Below are positions 1 to 10,550 of a stretch of DNA of 64,000 nucleotides, in pieces. The translations under genes were made by a program, and so were the position numbers. Below the pieces are notes generated by a model. It saw only the letters and a list, made by a program, of their open reading frames with translations. It had not been told where the DNA came from and did not search any database. Every line of letters begins with the position of its first letter. Positions within the stretch are counted from its first letter, which is position 1. Source of the stretch: an uncultured delta proteobacterium (GTDB taxonomy: Bacteria; Myxococcota; Myxococcia; Myxococcales; Anaeromyxobacteraceae); NCBI GenBank assembly GCA_963845515.1, contig CAWJSR010000029.1, positions 288,001 through 352,000 of the forward strand, in the 5' to 3' direction.

Positions 1-965
1 TTCCACGCGAGCCCGAGGTAGCCGACGCCGAAGCCGATCCCGGCGATCCCGACGTTCTCGGTCGACGAGTAGCCGAGCAGCCGCTTCAGGTCCCGCTGCG
101 CGCTCGTGTAGAGGACGCCGATGAACGCGGAGAGCGCCGAGAAGCCCAGCAGGTACCAGCCCATCCATGGCTCGGGCGTGCCGATGAGCAGCGTGACGCG
201 GAGGAGGCCGAAGAGCCCCGCCTTGTGGATCACGCCGGACATCAGGGCGGAGACGTGCGCCGGCGCCGCGGCGTGCGCGCGAGGGAGCCAGGTGTGGAAC
301 GGGAAGAAGGCCGACTTGAGGCCGAAGGAGGTGACGAGCAGCACGAAGGTGACGTTCCGCAGCTGGCTGGGCTGGCGGAGGAAGACCTCGAAGGACTGGA
401 AGTCCATCGACCCGACCTGGCTGTGCATCACCATGAAGGCGGCGAGGAGGAAGAAGAGGCCGACGTGGGTCGAGACCAGGTAGTTGAACCCCGCGAACCG
501 GATCTTCTGGTTCCGGTACTCCCACACGACGAGGAGCCATGCGGCGACCGCTGCGATCTCCCACCCCAGCAGGAAGGCGAACGCGCTCTCCAGCGTGTAG
601 ACCATCACGAACGAGAGGGAGATCACGTTCAGGAGCGCGAACTGCACACCCGCGTTGCGCGCCTTGAACTGCGGGCGGAGGTAGCCGAACGCGTAGATCG
701 TCCCGAGCAGGGTCATCGGGAGCGACCAGGCCAGGAAGAAGGCCGAGAGCGCGTCGAGGTGGAGCGCGATGCTCTCCACCGGGTAGGACCAGCGGACCGC
801 GAGCCGGAGCTCGCCGCCGCCGGAGAGGTACGGGAGGACGCCGGCGAGGATGAAGGCGGACGCGACCGCCTGCGACACGATGCTCGCCCATCCACGCTGG
901 ACGTTGTTGCGAAGGGTGAGCGCCAGCACGGCACCCGCCATGAGCGCGATGGCGCCCGCTCCCAT
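1..965 (-). CDS. HyfB/NuoL-like proton-conducting membrane subunit (runs off window start; true start may be ATG 1009 if a G is missing near 995)
   Basis: Hand translation gives hydrophobic helices with FLLGWE, GLKSAFFPFHTWLPRAHAAAPAHVSALMSG and DLKRLLGYSSTEN motifs of Mrp/Nuo antiporter-like subunits; absent from the ORF track because it is truncated. Confidence 0.85.
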   Translation of the reverse strand, partial: MGAGAIALMAGAVLALTLRNNVQRGWASIVSQAVASAFILAGVLPYLSGGGELRLAVRWSYPVESIALHLDALSAFFLAWSLPMTLLGTIYAFGYLRPQFKARNAGVQFALLNVISLSFVMVYTLESAFAFLLGWEIAAVAAWLLVVWEYRNQKIRFAGFNYLVSTHVGLFFLLAAFMVMHSQVGSMDFQSFEVFLRQPSQLRNVTFVLLVTSFGLKSAFFPFHTWLPRAHAAAPAHVSALMSGVIHKAGLFGLLRVTLLIGTPEPWMGWYLLGFSALSAFIGVLYTSAQRDLKRLLGYSSTENVGIAGIGFGVGYLGLAW

Positions 966-1041
966 CAGGCGCACGAACGCCTCCAGCTGCGCGATCCCGC
1001 GTCGGCCATGCCTGGCTTCATCGATCCCTGCTCCATCGCGA

Positions 1042-1434
1042 TCACGTGCCCCTCAGCCCCAGGACGACCTCGACCGACCGGCCGAGCGCCTCCGGGAGCA
1101 GCGGTCGCCGCAGCACGCCGACCCCGCTCCGCTCCCAGCCGGCCGGCTCCTCGGCCTGCCGGTTCCGGATGACGAGGACGGGCAGGTCAGGCCGCACCTT
1201 CTCCCTCGACGCGAGCAGCTCGCTCACGGCGGCAGCCGGCAGCTCCGGCGCGGCGATGAGGAGCGCGACCGTGCGTTCGCGCAGCGCCTGGACCGCCTCG
1301 TCGACCGTGCCCGCATAGAGCACCCGGAAGTCGGCGCGCGCCTCCAGCCCTGCGAAGAGCTCACCTCGATCCGCCGCTGCCGGGGCAACGACTAGCAGCG
1401 GACGGGCGCGTGGTGGTTGGGAGCGTGAGGGCAC
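1042..1434 (-). CDS. Stand-alone atypical receiver (REC-like) domain protein
   Basis: CheY-like beta/alpha pattern (LLVVA...TVDEAVQAL...ALLIAA...PDLPVLVI...LRRPL) without the acidic pocket or phospho-Asp; follows a sigma-54 promoter. Confidence 0.65.
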   Translation of the reverse strand: MPSRSQPPRARPLLVVAPAAADRGELFAGLEARADFRVLYAGTVDEAVQALRERTVALLIAAPELPAAAVSELLASREKVRPDLPVLVIRNRQAEEPAGWERSGVGVLRRPLLPEALGRSVEVVLGLRGT

Positions 1435-1453
1435 GGGTACCGTCGGCCGGCAT

Positions 1454-1469
1454 AGCAGGAACCGGGCCA
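1454..1469 (-). promoter_or_regulatory. Sigma-54 -24/-12 promoter
   Basis: Minus strand reads TGGCCCGGTTCCTGCT, with GG-N10-GC spacing of TGGCACG-N4-TTGCW, ~20 bp upstream of ORF 1434. Confidence 0.7.
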
Positions 1470-1547
1470 GCGCCCCTGACGGGGCCGAAGCGGCTGGATT
1501 TCGGCGCGCCGCGTCGCGGCCGCGCCAGTCGAGCGCGACTCATCCTG

Positions 1548-1590
1548 GTGCCGAATCGGCACACGGCCCTCACTCAGGCCGATTCGGCAC
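1548..1590. promoter_or_regulatory. Two palindromic activator-binding (UAS-like) sites
   Basis: GTGCCGAATCGGCAC (1548-1562, perfect 7-1-7 inverted repeat) and GCCGATTCGGCAC (1578-1590), ~80-120 bp upstream of the minus-strand sigma-54 promoter. Confidence 0.6.
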
Positions 1591-3001
1591 GTCCGCCGTC
1601 CGGGAGGCCGTACTGCTTGAGCTTGGTGTAGAGCGTCCGGAGCCCTATTCCGAGCACCCGGGCCGCCTCGCGCTTGCTCCGGTGGCGGCGCAGCGTCGCG
1701 GTGATCAGCAGCCGCTCGGCCGCCTCCAGGGACGCGCCGACGGGGATGTTGACCACAGCCTCGTCGGCCGCCCGCCGCCCCTCCCACGCGGCGACGGGGA
1801 GCGATCGCTCGTACCGTCGCGCGAGGTCGGCGAAGCCGTCGGCCCCAACCGTCTGGCCAGTCGACAGGATCGCCGCGCTCTCCACGGCGTTCTTCAGCTC
1901 GCGGACGTTGCCGGGCCAGTCATGGGCCATCAGGAGCGTCAGCGCCTGCGGTGAGATCCCCTGGATCCTCCCGCCATGGCGCCGGTTGAAGTCGGCGATG
2001 AAGGTGTCGATGAGCGCTGGGATGTCCTCCTTCCGCTCGCGCAGCGGCGGGATCGTCAGCGTCACCACCTTGAGCCGGTAGTAGAGATCCTCGCGGAACT
2101 TGCCGGTCCTGATCGCCTCCTCGACGTCCCGGTTCGTCGCGGCCAGCACCGAGAGGTCGACCTGGACCTTCCCCGTCCCGCCCACGCGCCGGAACTCGTT
2201 CCGCTCGAGGACACGCAGCAGCTTGGCCTGCGTCGAAGGGTCCATCTCGCCGATCTCGTCGAGGAAGAGCGTGCCGCCGTCCGCGAGCTCGAAGAGCCCC
2301 TTCTTCCGCTCGTCGGCGCCGGTGAAGGCACCCCGCTCGTGGCCGAAGAGCTCGTTCTCCAGCAGCTCGCGCCCCAGCGTGGCGCAGTTGATGGGGACGA
2401 AGAGCTGCTGGCGGCGCGGACCGCGGGCGTGCAGCGCCCGCGCGATCAGCTCCTTGCCGCTCCCGCTCTCGCCCAGGATCAGGACGCTCGTCTTGTAGCG
2501 GGAGATCTTGTCGATCGTGGCGAGGACGCGCCGGATCGCGGGCGACGAGCCGACCAGCCCACCGAACGCCGCGGTCATCGCCGGGGGCGAGGCCGCCGCA
2601 GCAGCGGCCTCGCTCCGACCTCGCTGGAGGACCCGCCGGATGCGCGCGACGAGCGACTCGGCGTCGAACGGAGGGGCGAGGTAGTCGGCCGCCCCCTGTT
2701 GCATCGCGTCCACCGCCTCCTGCACCGTTCCGGCCGAGCCGAGCACGACCACCGGGACCTCCGGGTGCTGGTGACCGGCGCGCGCGACGACGCTGGAGGT
2801 GGCCACCGGCCCGAGCGCCTGGGCCACGAGCACCACCTCGAGCTGCTCGCCGTCGAGCGCCGCGAGCGCCTCCACCTCGGTGGCGCAGACGTGGACGTGG
2901 AAACCGGCCGCCGCCAGCGGGCGCGAGACGGCGGGGCCTCCCACGCCTGCAGGCTTCACGACGAGGCACCTGCGGTCGACCCCCGGGCTTCGGCTCTTCA
3001 T
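1574..3001 (-). CDS. Sigma-54-dependent transcriptional activator (NtrC family: degenerate REC, AAA+, Fis-type HTH)
   Basis: GESGSGKE Walker A, ELFGHERGAFTGA, LFLDEIGE, WPGNVREL, C-terminal HTH; GGAGG RBS before ATG 3001. Confidence 0.93.
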   Translation of the reverse strand: MKSRSPGVDRRCLVVKPAGVGGPAVSRPLAAAGFHVHVCATEVEALAALDGEQLEVVLVAQALGPVATSSVVARAGHQHPEVPVVVLGSAGTVQEAVDAMQQGAADYLAPPFDAESLVARIRRVLQRGRSEAAAAAASPPAMTAAFGGLVGSSPAIRRVLATIDKISRYKTSVLILGESGSGKELIARALHARGPRRQQLFVPINCATLGRELLENELFGHERGAFTGADERKKGLFELADGGTLFLDEIGEMDPSTQAKLLRVLERNEFRRVGGTGKVQVDLSVLAATNRDVEEAIRTGKFREDLYYRLKVVTLTIPPLRERKEDIPALIDTFIADFNRRHGGRIQGISPQALTLLMAHDWPGNVRELKNAVESAAILSTGQTVGADGFADLARRYERSLPVAAWEGRRAADEAVVNIPVGASLEAAERLLITATLRRHRSKREAARVLGIGLRTLYTKLKQYGLPDGGRAESA

Positions 3002-3027
3002 CACGCCTCCGATGACGGGGCGATTCT

Positions 3028-3042
3028 GTGCCGTTTCGGCAC
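3028..3042. promoter_or_regulatory. Palindromic UAS-like site
   Basis: GTGCCGTTTCGGCAC, same motif as 1548-1562, ~75 bp upstream of the plus-strand sigma-54 promoter and just upstream of the activator's own start. Confidence 0.6.
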
Positions 3043-3116
3043 GCCTCGCAAGCCACTGAGCGGCCCGCCGGCGCCGGGGCCCAGTGCGGACGCGGGGTTC
3101 TCCCCCGTTGGACGGG

Positions 3117-3132
3117 TGGCCCGCTTCGTGCT
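3117..3132 (+). promoter_or_regulatory. Sigma-54 -24/-12 promoter
   Basis: TGGCCCGCTTCGTGCT with GG-N10-GC spacing, 22 bp before ATG 3155. Confidence 0.7.
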
Positions 3133-3154
3133 TTTGTTTCCGCCGAGTCAACCG

Positions 3155-5143
3155 ATGAGCGCGTCCCTGGTCCTCGCTTCGGTCCTCCTCACCTCCCTGA
3201 GCGGCGGCGCGGCCCTGGCCCTGCGCCGGAAACCGAAGGTGGCCCAGGGGCTCGCGACCGCGCTGCTCGTCACGGGCGCGGCCCTTGGGATCGCCGGAGC
3301 CCTGCTCTCGCTCGGCGGCCCGGCGCCCGCGTTCTCGGCGCACTGGGGAACGCCCGGGGGCTCGCTGTCGATCCGGGTGGACCCGCTCTCCGCCCTGTTC
3401 CTCCTGCCGATCCTGGGCGTCCCTGCGCTCGGCTCCATCTACGGGCTCGGCTACTGGCCGCAGGCGTCCCGCGGCGCCTCCTCCGTCCGGCTCCAGGTCT
3501 ACTTCGGGCTCGTGACCGGAGCCATGGCGCTCGTCTGCGTCAGCGCCAACGCCATCCTCTTCCTGGTGGCCTGGGAGGTGATGGCGCTCGCCGGCTTCCT
3601 CCTCGTCCTCACCGAGCACGAGAAGCCGGAGGCGCAGCGGGCCGCCTTCGTCTACCTCGCGGCCGCCCACGTCGGGAACCTGGCCCTCTTCGGGCTCTTC
3701 GCCCTCCTGGGGCGGCTCGCCGGCTCGTTCGAGTTCGCCGCCATGGCCGGCCTCCCTGGAGGTACGGCGGAGGCAGCCTGGATCTTCGCGCTCGCCCTCG
3801 GCGGCTTCGGCCTCAAGGCCGGCATCGTCCCGCTCCACTTCTGGCTCCCCGGAGCGCACGCCGCCGCGCCGAGCCACGTCTCGGCCGTCATGTCGGGGGT
3901 GCTGCTGAAGTCCGGCATCTACGGGATCCTGCGCGTCACCGGCTTCTTCGACGCGCCGCCGCCCGCGTGGGGCGCCACTCTCCTCGCGGCCGGCGCCGTG
4001 TCCGCCGTCCTCGGCGTCGGGTTCGCGCTGGCGCAGCACGACCTGAAGCGGCTGCTCGCCTACCACTCGGTCGAGAACATCGGGATCATCGCGATGGGCG
4101 CGGGGCTGGCGCTGCTGGGGCGGACCTACGACCAGCCGGCGCTCGTGGTCCTGGGCTTCGGCGGCGCCGTCCTCCACGTCCTGAACCACGCCACGTTCAA
4201 GGCGCTCCTCTTCTTCGGCGCGGGCGCGGTCCAGCACGCCACCGGGACGCGGGAGATCGATCACCTCGGCGGGCTCTCGCGCGCCATGCCCGTCACCGCC
4301 GCGCTCTTCCTCGTGGGCGCCACGGCCATCAGCGGCCTGCCGCCGCTCAACGGCTTCGCGTCGGAGTGGCTCGTCTACCTCGGCGCGATGCAGGCGTCCT
4401 TCGCTCCGGCAGCCTCGCCGCTCCAGTTCGCGCTCGTCGCCGTCCCGGCGCTCGCGCTCGTCGGCGGTCTCGCTGCGGCCTGCTTCGCGAAGGTCTTCGG
4501 GGCGGTCTTCCTCGGCCACGCGCGCTCCGACCACGCCGGCCACGCCCACGAGTCGCCGGCCTCGATGCTGATCCCGATGGCGATCCTCGCGACGGCCTGC
4601 GTGGCGATCGGCCTCGTGCCGGGGGCGCTCCTGCCGGCGCTCTCCGCCGCCGCCGCGGAGTGGGCGCGCCTCCCGAGCGGCCTCGTGGAGGATCTGACCG
4701 CCGGCGCCGTGCGGAGCGCCGCCCGCATCAGCCTCGTCGCCGCGGCGCTCCTCCTCGCGATCGGCGCCCTGGTCCTCTGGCGCAGGTCGCGCCTGCGCAC
4801 GCCGCAGCCGCTCGCGCCGACGTGGGGCTGCGGCTTCGCCCGCCCGACGCCGCGGATGCAGTACACCGGATCGTCCTTCGCCGACTCGCTCGTGCTGCGC
4901 TTCGGCTGGGTGTTCTTCCCCAAGACGCGCGTCGTCCTGCCCGCCGGCCCCTTTCCCCGCCACGCCTCCTTCGACTCGAGCGTCCCGGACACGGTGCTCG
5001 ACGTCGTGATCGTCCCGGCGTGCGGGCGCGGCGCCCGCGTCGCCGAGCGGGTCCGTGCCTACTTCATCGGACGCGTGCAGTTCCAGGCGCTCCTGGTGGT
5101 CCTGGGGCTCCTCACGCTCCTCGGCTGGTACGCGACCTGGTGA
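3155..5143 (+). CDS. hyfB: Hydrogenase-4 component B-like / Ehr antiporter-like membrane subunit
   Basis: FLVAWEVM, GLKAGIVPLHFWLPGAHAAAPSHVSA, DLKRLLAYHSVEN, TWGCGF..PTPRMQYT motifs. Confidence 0.88.
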   Translation: MSASLVLASVLLTSLSGGAALALRRKPKVAQGLATALLVTGAALGIAGALLSLGGPAPAFSAHWGTPGGSLSIRVDPLSALFLLPILGVPALGSIYGLGYWPQASRGASSVRLQVYFGLVTGAMALVCVSANAILFLVAWEVMALAGFLLVLTEHEKPEAQRAAFVYLAAAHVGNLALFGLFALLGRLAGSFEFAAMAGLPGGTAEAAWIFALALGGFGLKAGIVPLHFWLPGAHAAAPSHVSAVMSGVLLKSGIYGILRVTGFFDAPPPAWGATLLAAGAVSAVLGVGFALAQHDLKRLLAYHSVENIGIIAMGAGLALLGRTYDQPALVVLGFGGAVLHVLNHATFKALLFFGAGAVQHATGTREIDHLGGLSRAMPVTAALFLVGATAISGLPPLNGFASEWLVYLGAMQASFAPAASPLQFALVAVPALALVGGLAAACFAKVFGAVFLGHARSDHAGHAHESPASMLIPMAILATACVAIGLVPGALLPALSAAAAEWARLPSGLVEDLTAGAVRSAARISLVAAALLLAIGALVLWRRSRLRTPQPLAPTWGCGFARPTPRMQYTGSSFADSLVLRFGWVFFPKTRVVLPAGPFPRHASFDSSVPDTVLDVVIVPACGRGARVAERVRAYFIGRVQFQALLVVLGLLTLLGWYATW

Positions 5144-5147
5144 GACG

Positions 5148-6056
5148 ATGACCCTCACCCTCCTCCAGCTCCTCGCGTTCCTCCTCGGCGCCCCGCTCCT
5201 GCTCGGCGTGATCGGGCGGGTCAAGGCCACCTTCGCGGGGCGAACGGGTCCGCCGCTCCTCCAGCCGTACCGCGACCTCCTGCGGCTGGCGCGCAAGGGG
5301 GCGGTCTTCAGCAGGACCACCACGTGGGTCTTTCGCGCCGGCCCCGTCGTGGCGCTCGGCGCGACGCTCGCCGCCGGGCTGCTCCTCCCCCTCGGCGCGC
5401 CGGTGGCCCTGGTCCGCTTCGCCGGCGACTTCATCCTCTTCGCCTACCTGCTGGCGCTGGCACGCTTCGCGACCATCCTCGCCGCGCTCGACACCGGCTC
5501 CTCGTTCGAGGGGATGGGGTCGGCGCGGGAGGCGACCTACTCCGCCGTCGCCGAGCCCGCCCTCTTCCTGGGGCTGGTCTCGCTCGTGCGATCGACGGGG
5601 GCGCTCGACCTCTCCCACATGCTGGGGGCCAAGCTCCAGCCGGTCTGGTGGACCGACGGCCCCGCCCTGCTCCTCGTGGGGCTCGCCGTCTTCGTCGTGG
5701 CGCTCGCGGAGAACGCGCGCGTGCCGGTGGACGACCCGGCGACCCACCTCGAGCTGACGATGATCCACGAGGTGATGGTGCTCGACCACTCGGGCCCCGA
5801 CCTCGCGCTCATCCAGTATGGCGCGTCGCTGAAGCTCTACCTCTTCGGCGGCCTGGTCGTGCGGCTCGCGCTCGGTGCGCTCGCCGGCGATCCCTGGCTC
5901 GCCTTCGCCGCGTTCCTGGCAGGCCAGCTCCTCTTCGCGGTCGCGATCGGCTGCGTCGAGTCGACGATGGCCCGCCTCCGCCTGGTCCGCGTCCCGCAGC
6001 TCCTGATCGGCGCGTCGGCCCTCTCGGCCTTCGCACTCGTGCTGCTCCTGAGGTGA
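5148..6056 (+). CDS. hyfC: HyfC/HycD (NuoH-like) membrane subunit
   Basis: GRTGPPLLQPYRDL, ALDTGSSFEGMGSAREA, ENARVPVDDPATHLELTMIHE motifs. Confidence 0.88.
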   Translation: MTLTLLQLLAFLLGAPLLLGVIGRVKATFAGRTGPPLLQPYRDLLRLARKGAVFSRTTTWVFRAGPVVALGATLAAGLLLPLGAPVALVRFAGDFILFAYLLALARFATILAALDTGSSFEGMGSAREATYSAVAEPALFLGLVSLVRSTGALDLSHMLGAKLQPVWWTDGPALLLVGLAVFVVALAENARVPVDDPATHLELTMIHEVMVLDHSGPDLALIQYGASLKLYLFGGLVVRLALGALAGDPWLAFAAFLAGQLLFAVAIGCVESTMARLRLVRVPQLLIGASALSAFALVLLLR

Positions 6057-6059
6057 CCG

Positions 6060-6707
6060 GTGAGGGCCTCCCTGGATCTCGTCCTCGTGCTGGTGGTCCT
6101 CGTGGACTTCTTCCTGCTCGCGTCCTCGCGCCCGAGGACCGGCATCCGCGCGGTCGCCACGCAGGGGGTGCTGCTGGCGATCCTCCCGGTGCTCCTGGCG
6201 GGTGGTGGGCTGCACGCGGTCCACGTGGTGGCGCTCGCGGCGGGAGCGCTGGTGGTGAAGGCGATCGTGATCCCGCTGCTCCTGACCTGGGCGATGCGCG
6301 AGTCGTCGGCGCGCCGCGAGCTGACCCCGATCGTCGGGTTCGCCTCCACCCTCTTCTTCGGGGCGCTCGGCGCAGCGGTCGCGTTCACCTGGGCCAGCGA
6401 CCTCCCGCTGCCCGTGCCGGGCAAGCACCCGCTGCTCGTTCCGACCGCGATCACCACCGGCTGGACCGGCCTGCTGCTCCTCATGACCCGCAGGAAGGCG
6501 ATGACGCAGGTGCTCGGCTTCCTCGTGCTGGAGAACGGGGTCTTCATCTTCGGGCAGCTGCTGTCCGACTTCATGCCGGTGATGGTGGAGGCGGGCGTGC
6601 TGCTCGACCTGCTCGCCGCGGTCTTCGTGATGGGGCTCGTGATGTTCGACCTCCAGCGCGCCTTCGCCTCCCTCGACACCACGCGACTCTCGTCGCTGAA
6701 GGACTGA
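6060..6707 (+). CDS. hyfE: HyfE-like membrane subunit
   Basis: Hydrophobic protein with QVLGFLVLENG and EAGVLLD motifs; position in operon. Confidence 0.85.
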   Translation: MRASLDLVLVLVVLVDFFLLASSRPRTGIRAVATQGVLLAILPVLLAGGGLHAVHVVALAAGALVVKAIVIPLLLTWAMRESSARRELTPIVGFASTLFFGALGAAVAFTWASDLPLPVPGKHPLLVPTAITTGWTGLLLLMTRRKAMTQVLGFLVLENGVFIFGQLLSDFMPVMVEAGVLLDLLAAVFVMGLVMFDLQRAFASLDTTRLSSLKD

Positions 6708-6718
6708 GGACGACGCCC

Positions 6719-8143
<1,425 letters not shown>

Positions 8144-8144
8144 C

Positions 8145-9623
8145 ATGGACCGGCGGATCCTCATCGCGCGGAGCGCGCAGGCGGTGGAGGCGGCGGACGT
8201 CCCCGTCCTCCTCCCCACCGACTTCCAGCAGGTCGTCGCCGACGCGCTGAGCTCGCAGGCGCGCCTCATCGCGTACTTCGGCCAGCCGGCCCCCGCCGGC
8301 ACGGGGAAGGCGCTCGTGACCGCCGTCCTCTCCAACGACCGCGAGGGAGTGCTGGGGGTCGTGGCGACCATCGCGGGAGACTCCCTCCCGTCGCTCGCCG
8401 ACGAGTTCCCCTCCACCCAGCTCTTCGAGCGGCAGCTGCTCGAGCAGTTCGGCGTCGTCCCGGCCGGCCACCCGTGGCTCAAGCCGGTCCGCTTCGAGCG
8501 CGGGATGGCTGAGGTTCCACCCTTCTTCGCGATGGATGGCGAGTCGGTGCACGAGGTGGCCGTGGGGCCGGTACATGCCGGGATCATCGAGCCCGGCCAC
8601 TTCCGCTTCCAGTGCCACGGGGAGCACGTCTTCCATCTCGAGATCTCGCTCGGCTACCAGCACCGCGGCGTCCAGCGGCTCCTCGCGGGCGGCCCGACGC
8701 GCCGCACGGTCGCCCTCGTCGAGTCGATCGCCGGGGACACGGTGATCGGCCACGCCCTTGCGTACGCCCGCGCGCACGAGTCGCTCTCCGGCGCGGCGCC
8801 GCCCCCGCGGGCGGCCGCGCTCCGGGCCGTCGCCCTGGAGCTGGAGCGGCTCGCCAACCACGTCGGCGATCTCGGCGCCCTCGCCGGCGACGTCGCCTTC
8901 CTGCCGACCGCCTCCTACTGCGGCGCGCTGCGGGCCGAGTTCCTCAACGCCCTCGCCGAGATCTGCGGGAACCGGTTCGGGCGAGGGCTGGTGGTCCCGG
9001 GCGGAGTCAGGTTCGACCTCCCGGACGCCGCCGCCGCCCGGCTGGCCGCGCGCGTCCAGGGCGCGTGGGAGCGGGTCGAGGAGGCGGGCGGCCTCTTCTT
9101 CCGCTCCCCCTCGGCGCGCGACCGGACCGACGGCATCGGCACCCTGACGCAGGAGACCGCGGCGAACCTCGGGCTGGTCGGCCCGGCGGCACGCGCGAGC
9201 GGCCTCGCCCTGGACACCCGGCGCTCCCACCCCTTCCCGCCGTACGACGTCCACCCGATGCCCGCGGTGGTGGGCGCGGAGGGCGACGTCCACGCGCGCG
9301 CCTGGGTCCGCTTCGAAGAGGCGCGCCACTCGGCGCTCTTCGCGGTCAAGGCGCTCAGCACCCTGCCGCCCGGCCCAGTGCGCACCGAGGTCGGCCCGCT
9401 CGCTCCGGGCCGGCTCACCGTCTCGCTCGTCGAGGGCTGGCGTGGCGAGATCTGCCACGCGGCGATCACCGGGCCGGACGGACGGATCTCGCGGTACGAG
9501 ATCGTCGATCCCTCCTTCCACGACTGGATCGGCCTCCAGGTCGCCATGCGCGCCGGGCAGATCTCGGACTTCCCGCTCCTGAACAAGAGCTTCAACCTCT
9601 CCTACTGCGGACACGACCTGTGA
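8145..9623 (+). CDS. NuoC/D-like large subunit (HyfG/HycE homolog without Ni ligands; EhrL type)
   Basis: VGPVHAGIIEPGHFRF, LGYQHRG, LELERLANH, VEGWRGE, DPSF, DFPLLNKSFNLSYCGHDL; no RxCxxC or DPCxxC motifs. Confidence 0.88.
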   Translation: MDRRILIARSAQAVEAADVPVLLPTDFQQVVADALSSQARLIAYFGQPAPAGTGKALVTAVLSNDREGVLGVVATIAGDSLPSLADEFPSTQLFERQLLEQFGVVPAGHPWLKPVRFERGMAEVPPFFAMDGESVHEVAVGPVHAGIIEPGHFRFQCHGEHVFHLEISLGYQHRGVQRLLAGGPTRRTVALVESIAGDTVIGHALAYARAHESLSGAAPPPRAAALRAVALELERLANHVGDLGALAGDVAFLPTASYCGALRAEFLNALAEICGNRFGRGLVVPGGVRFDLPDAAAARLAARVQGAWERVEEAGGLFFRSPSARDRTDGIGTLTQETAANLGLVGPAARASGLALDTRRSHPFPPYDVHPMPAVVGAEGDVHARAWVRFEEARHSALFAVKALSTLPPGPVRTEVGPLAPGRLTVSLVEGWRGEICHAAITGPDGRISRYEIVDPSFHDWIGLQVAMRAGQISDFPLLNKSFNLSYCGHDL

Positions 9624-10447
9624 GCATCCTCCGCACCCGCCTGCGGCTCGGCCGCCAGACCATCGCCTACCCTGAGGGGCCAGCGCGCTTCCCCGAGCGA
9701 TTCCGCGGCAGGCCGGCGATCAACGCCGGGCGCTGCCGCGAGGGCTGCCGCGAGTGCGAGGAGGTCTGCCCGACCGAGGCCATAACGCGGCCAGCGCCAG
9801 GCCGGGTCGCGCTCGACACGGGCGCCTGCGTCTTCTGCGGCCTCTGCGAGGAGGCCTGCGCAGACCGCGCCATCGTCTTCACGCGCGACTACCGGCTGTC
9901 GGTCCGCCGCCGCGAGGAGCTGACGGTGTCCGGCGACGCGCCGCAGCTGGCGGCCGCGCTGGACGCGAAGATGAAGCGGCTCTTCGGCCGCTCGCTCAAG
10001 CTGCGGCAGGTGTCGGCGGGAGGGTGCAACGGCTGCGAGGCCGAGCTCAACGCCGCCGGGAACATACAGTTCGACCTCTCGCGCTTCGGCATCCAGTTCG
10101 TCGCGTCGCCGCGCCACGCGGACGGTGTCGTCGTCACCGGCCCGGTGACCGAGAACATGCGCTCGGCGCTCGTCGAGACCTGGGAGGCGACCCCGGCCCC
10201 GAAGCTGCTCATCGCGGTGGGTGCTTGCGCCCTCTCGGGCGGACCGTTCAAGGGGAGCCCCGTCTGCCACGACGGCGTCGGGTCCGTCATCCCTGGAGCG
10301 ACGGTCGACCTCTTCATCCCGGGCTGCCCGCCACACCCCGTGACCGTCCTCGACGGCCTCCTGAGGCTCCTCGGCCGCGTCGAGGGGGACGCCCTGCAGC
10401 TGGCCTCGACGGGCATCGTCGAGCCGCGCACGGCCGAGAGTCCCTGA
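9620..10447 (+). CDS. Fused 2x[4Fe-4S] ferredoxin and NuoB-like small subunit (HyfH-HyfI fusion; EhrS type)
   Basis: CxxxCxxCxxxCP and CxxCxxCxxxC motifs, then GGCNGCE, SPRHAD, GACA, IPGCPP; GTG overlaps upstream stop. Confidence 0.88.
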   Translation: MSILRTRLRLGRQTIAYPEGPARFPERFRGRPAINAGRCREGCRECEEVCPTEAITRPAPGRVALDTGACVFCGLCEEACADRAIVFTRDYRLSVRRREELTVSGDAPQLAAALDAKMKRLFGRSLKLRQVSAGGCNGCEAELNAAGNIQFDLSRFGIQFVASPRHADGVVVTGPVTENMRSALVETWEATPAPKLLIAVGACALSGGPFKGSPVCHDGVGSVIPGATVDLFIPGCPPHPVTVLDGLLRLLGRVEGDALQLASTGIVEPRTAESP

Positions 10448-10550
10448 CTGCCGGCGCGGCGCGGGGGCTCCCGGTCACGACGAGGCGGCCGGTCTGGCGC
10501 TCCGCGGAAAAATCGGTAGATTCACGCCCGCCCGGGTCCGCCCGGGCACC

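Noticed and set aside
1574..5434. 1286-aa ORF and many other long overlapping ORFs (e.g. 44971-48342, 57289-60066, 5837-8587)
   Set aside because: Antisense or off-frame shadows of real genes, expected in very high-GC DNA; only 1574-3001 of the first has recognisable motifs
8145..9623. [NiFe] hydrogenase large subunit / formate hydrogenlyase
   Set aside because: Both Ni-binding CxxC motifs are missing
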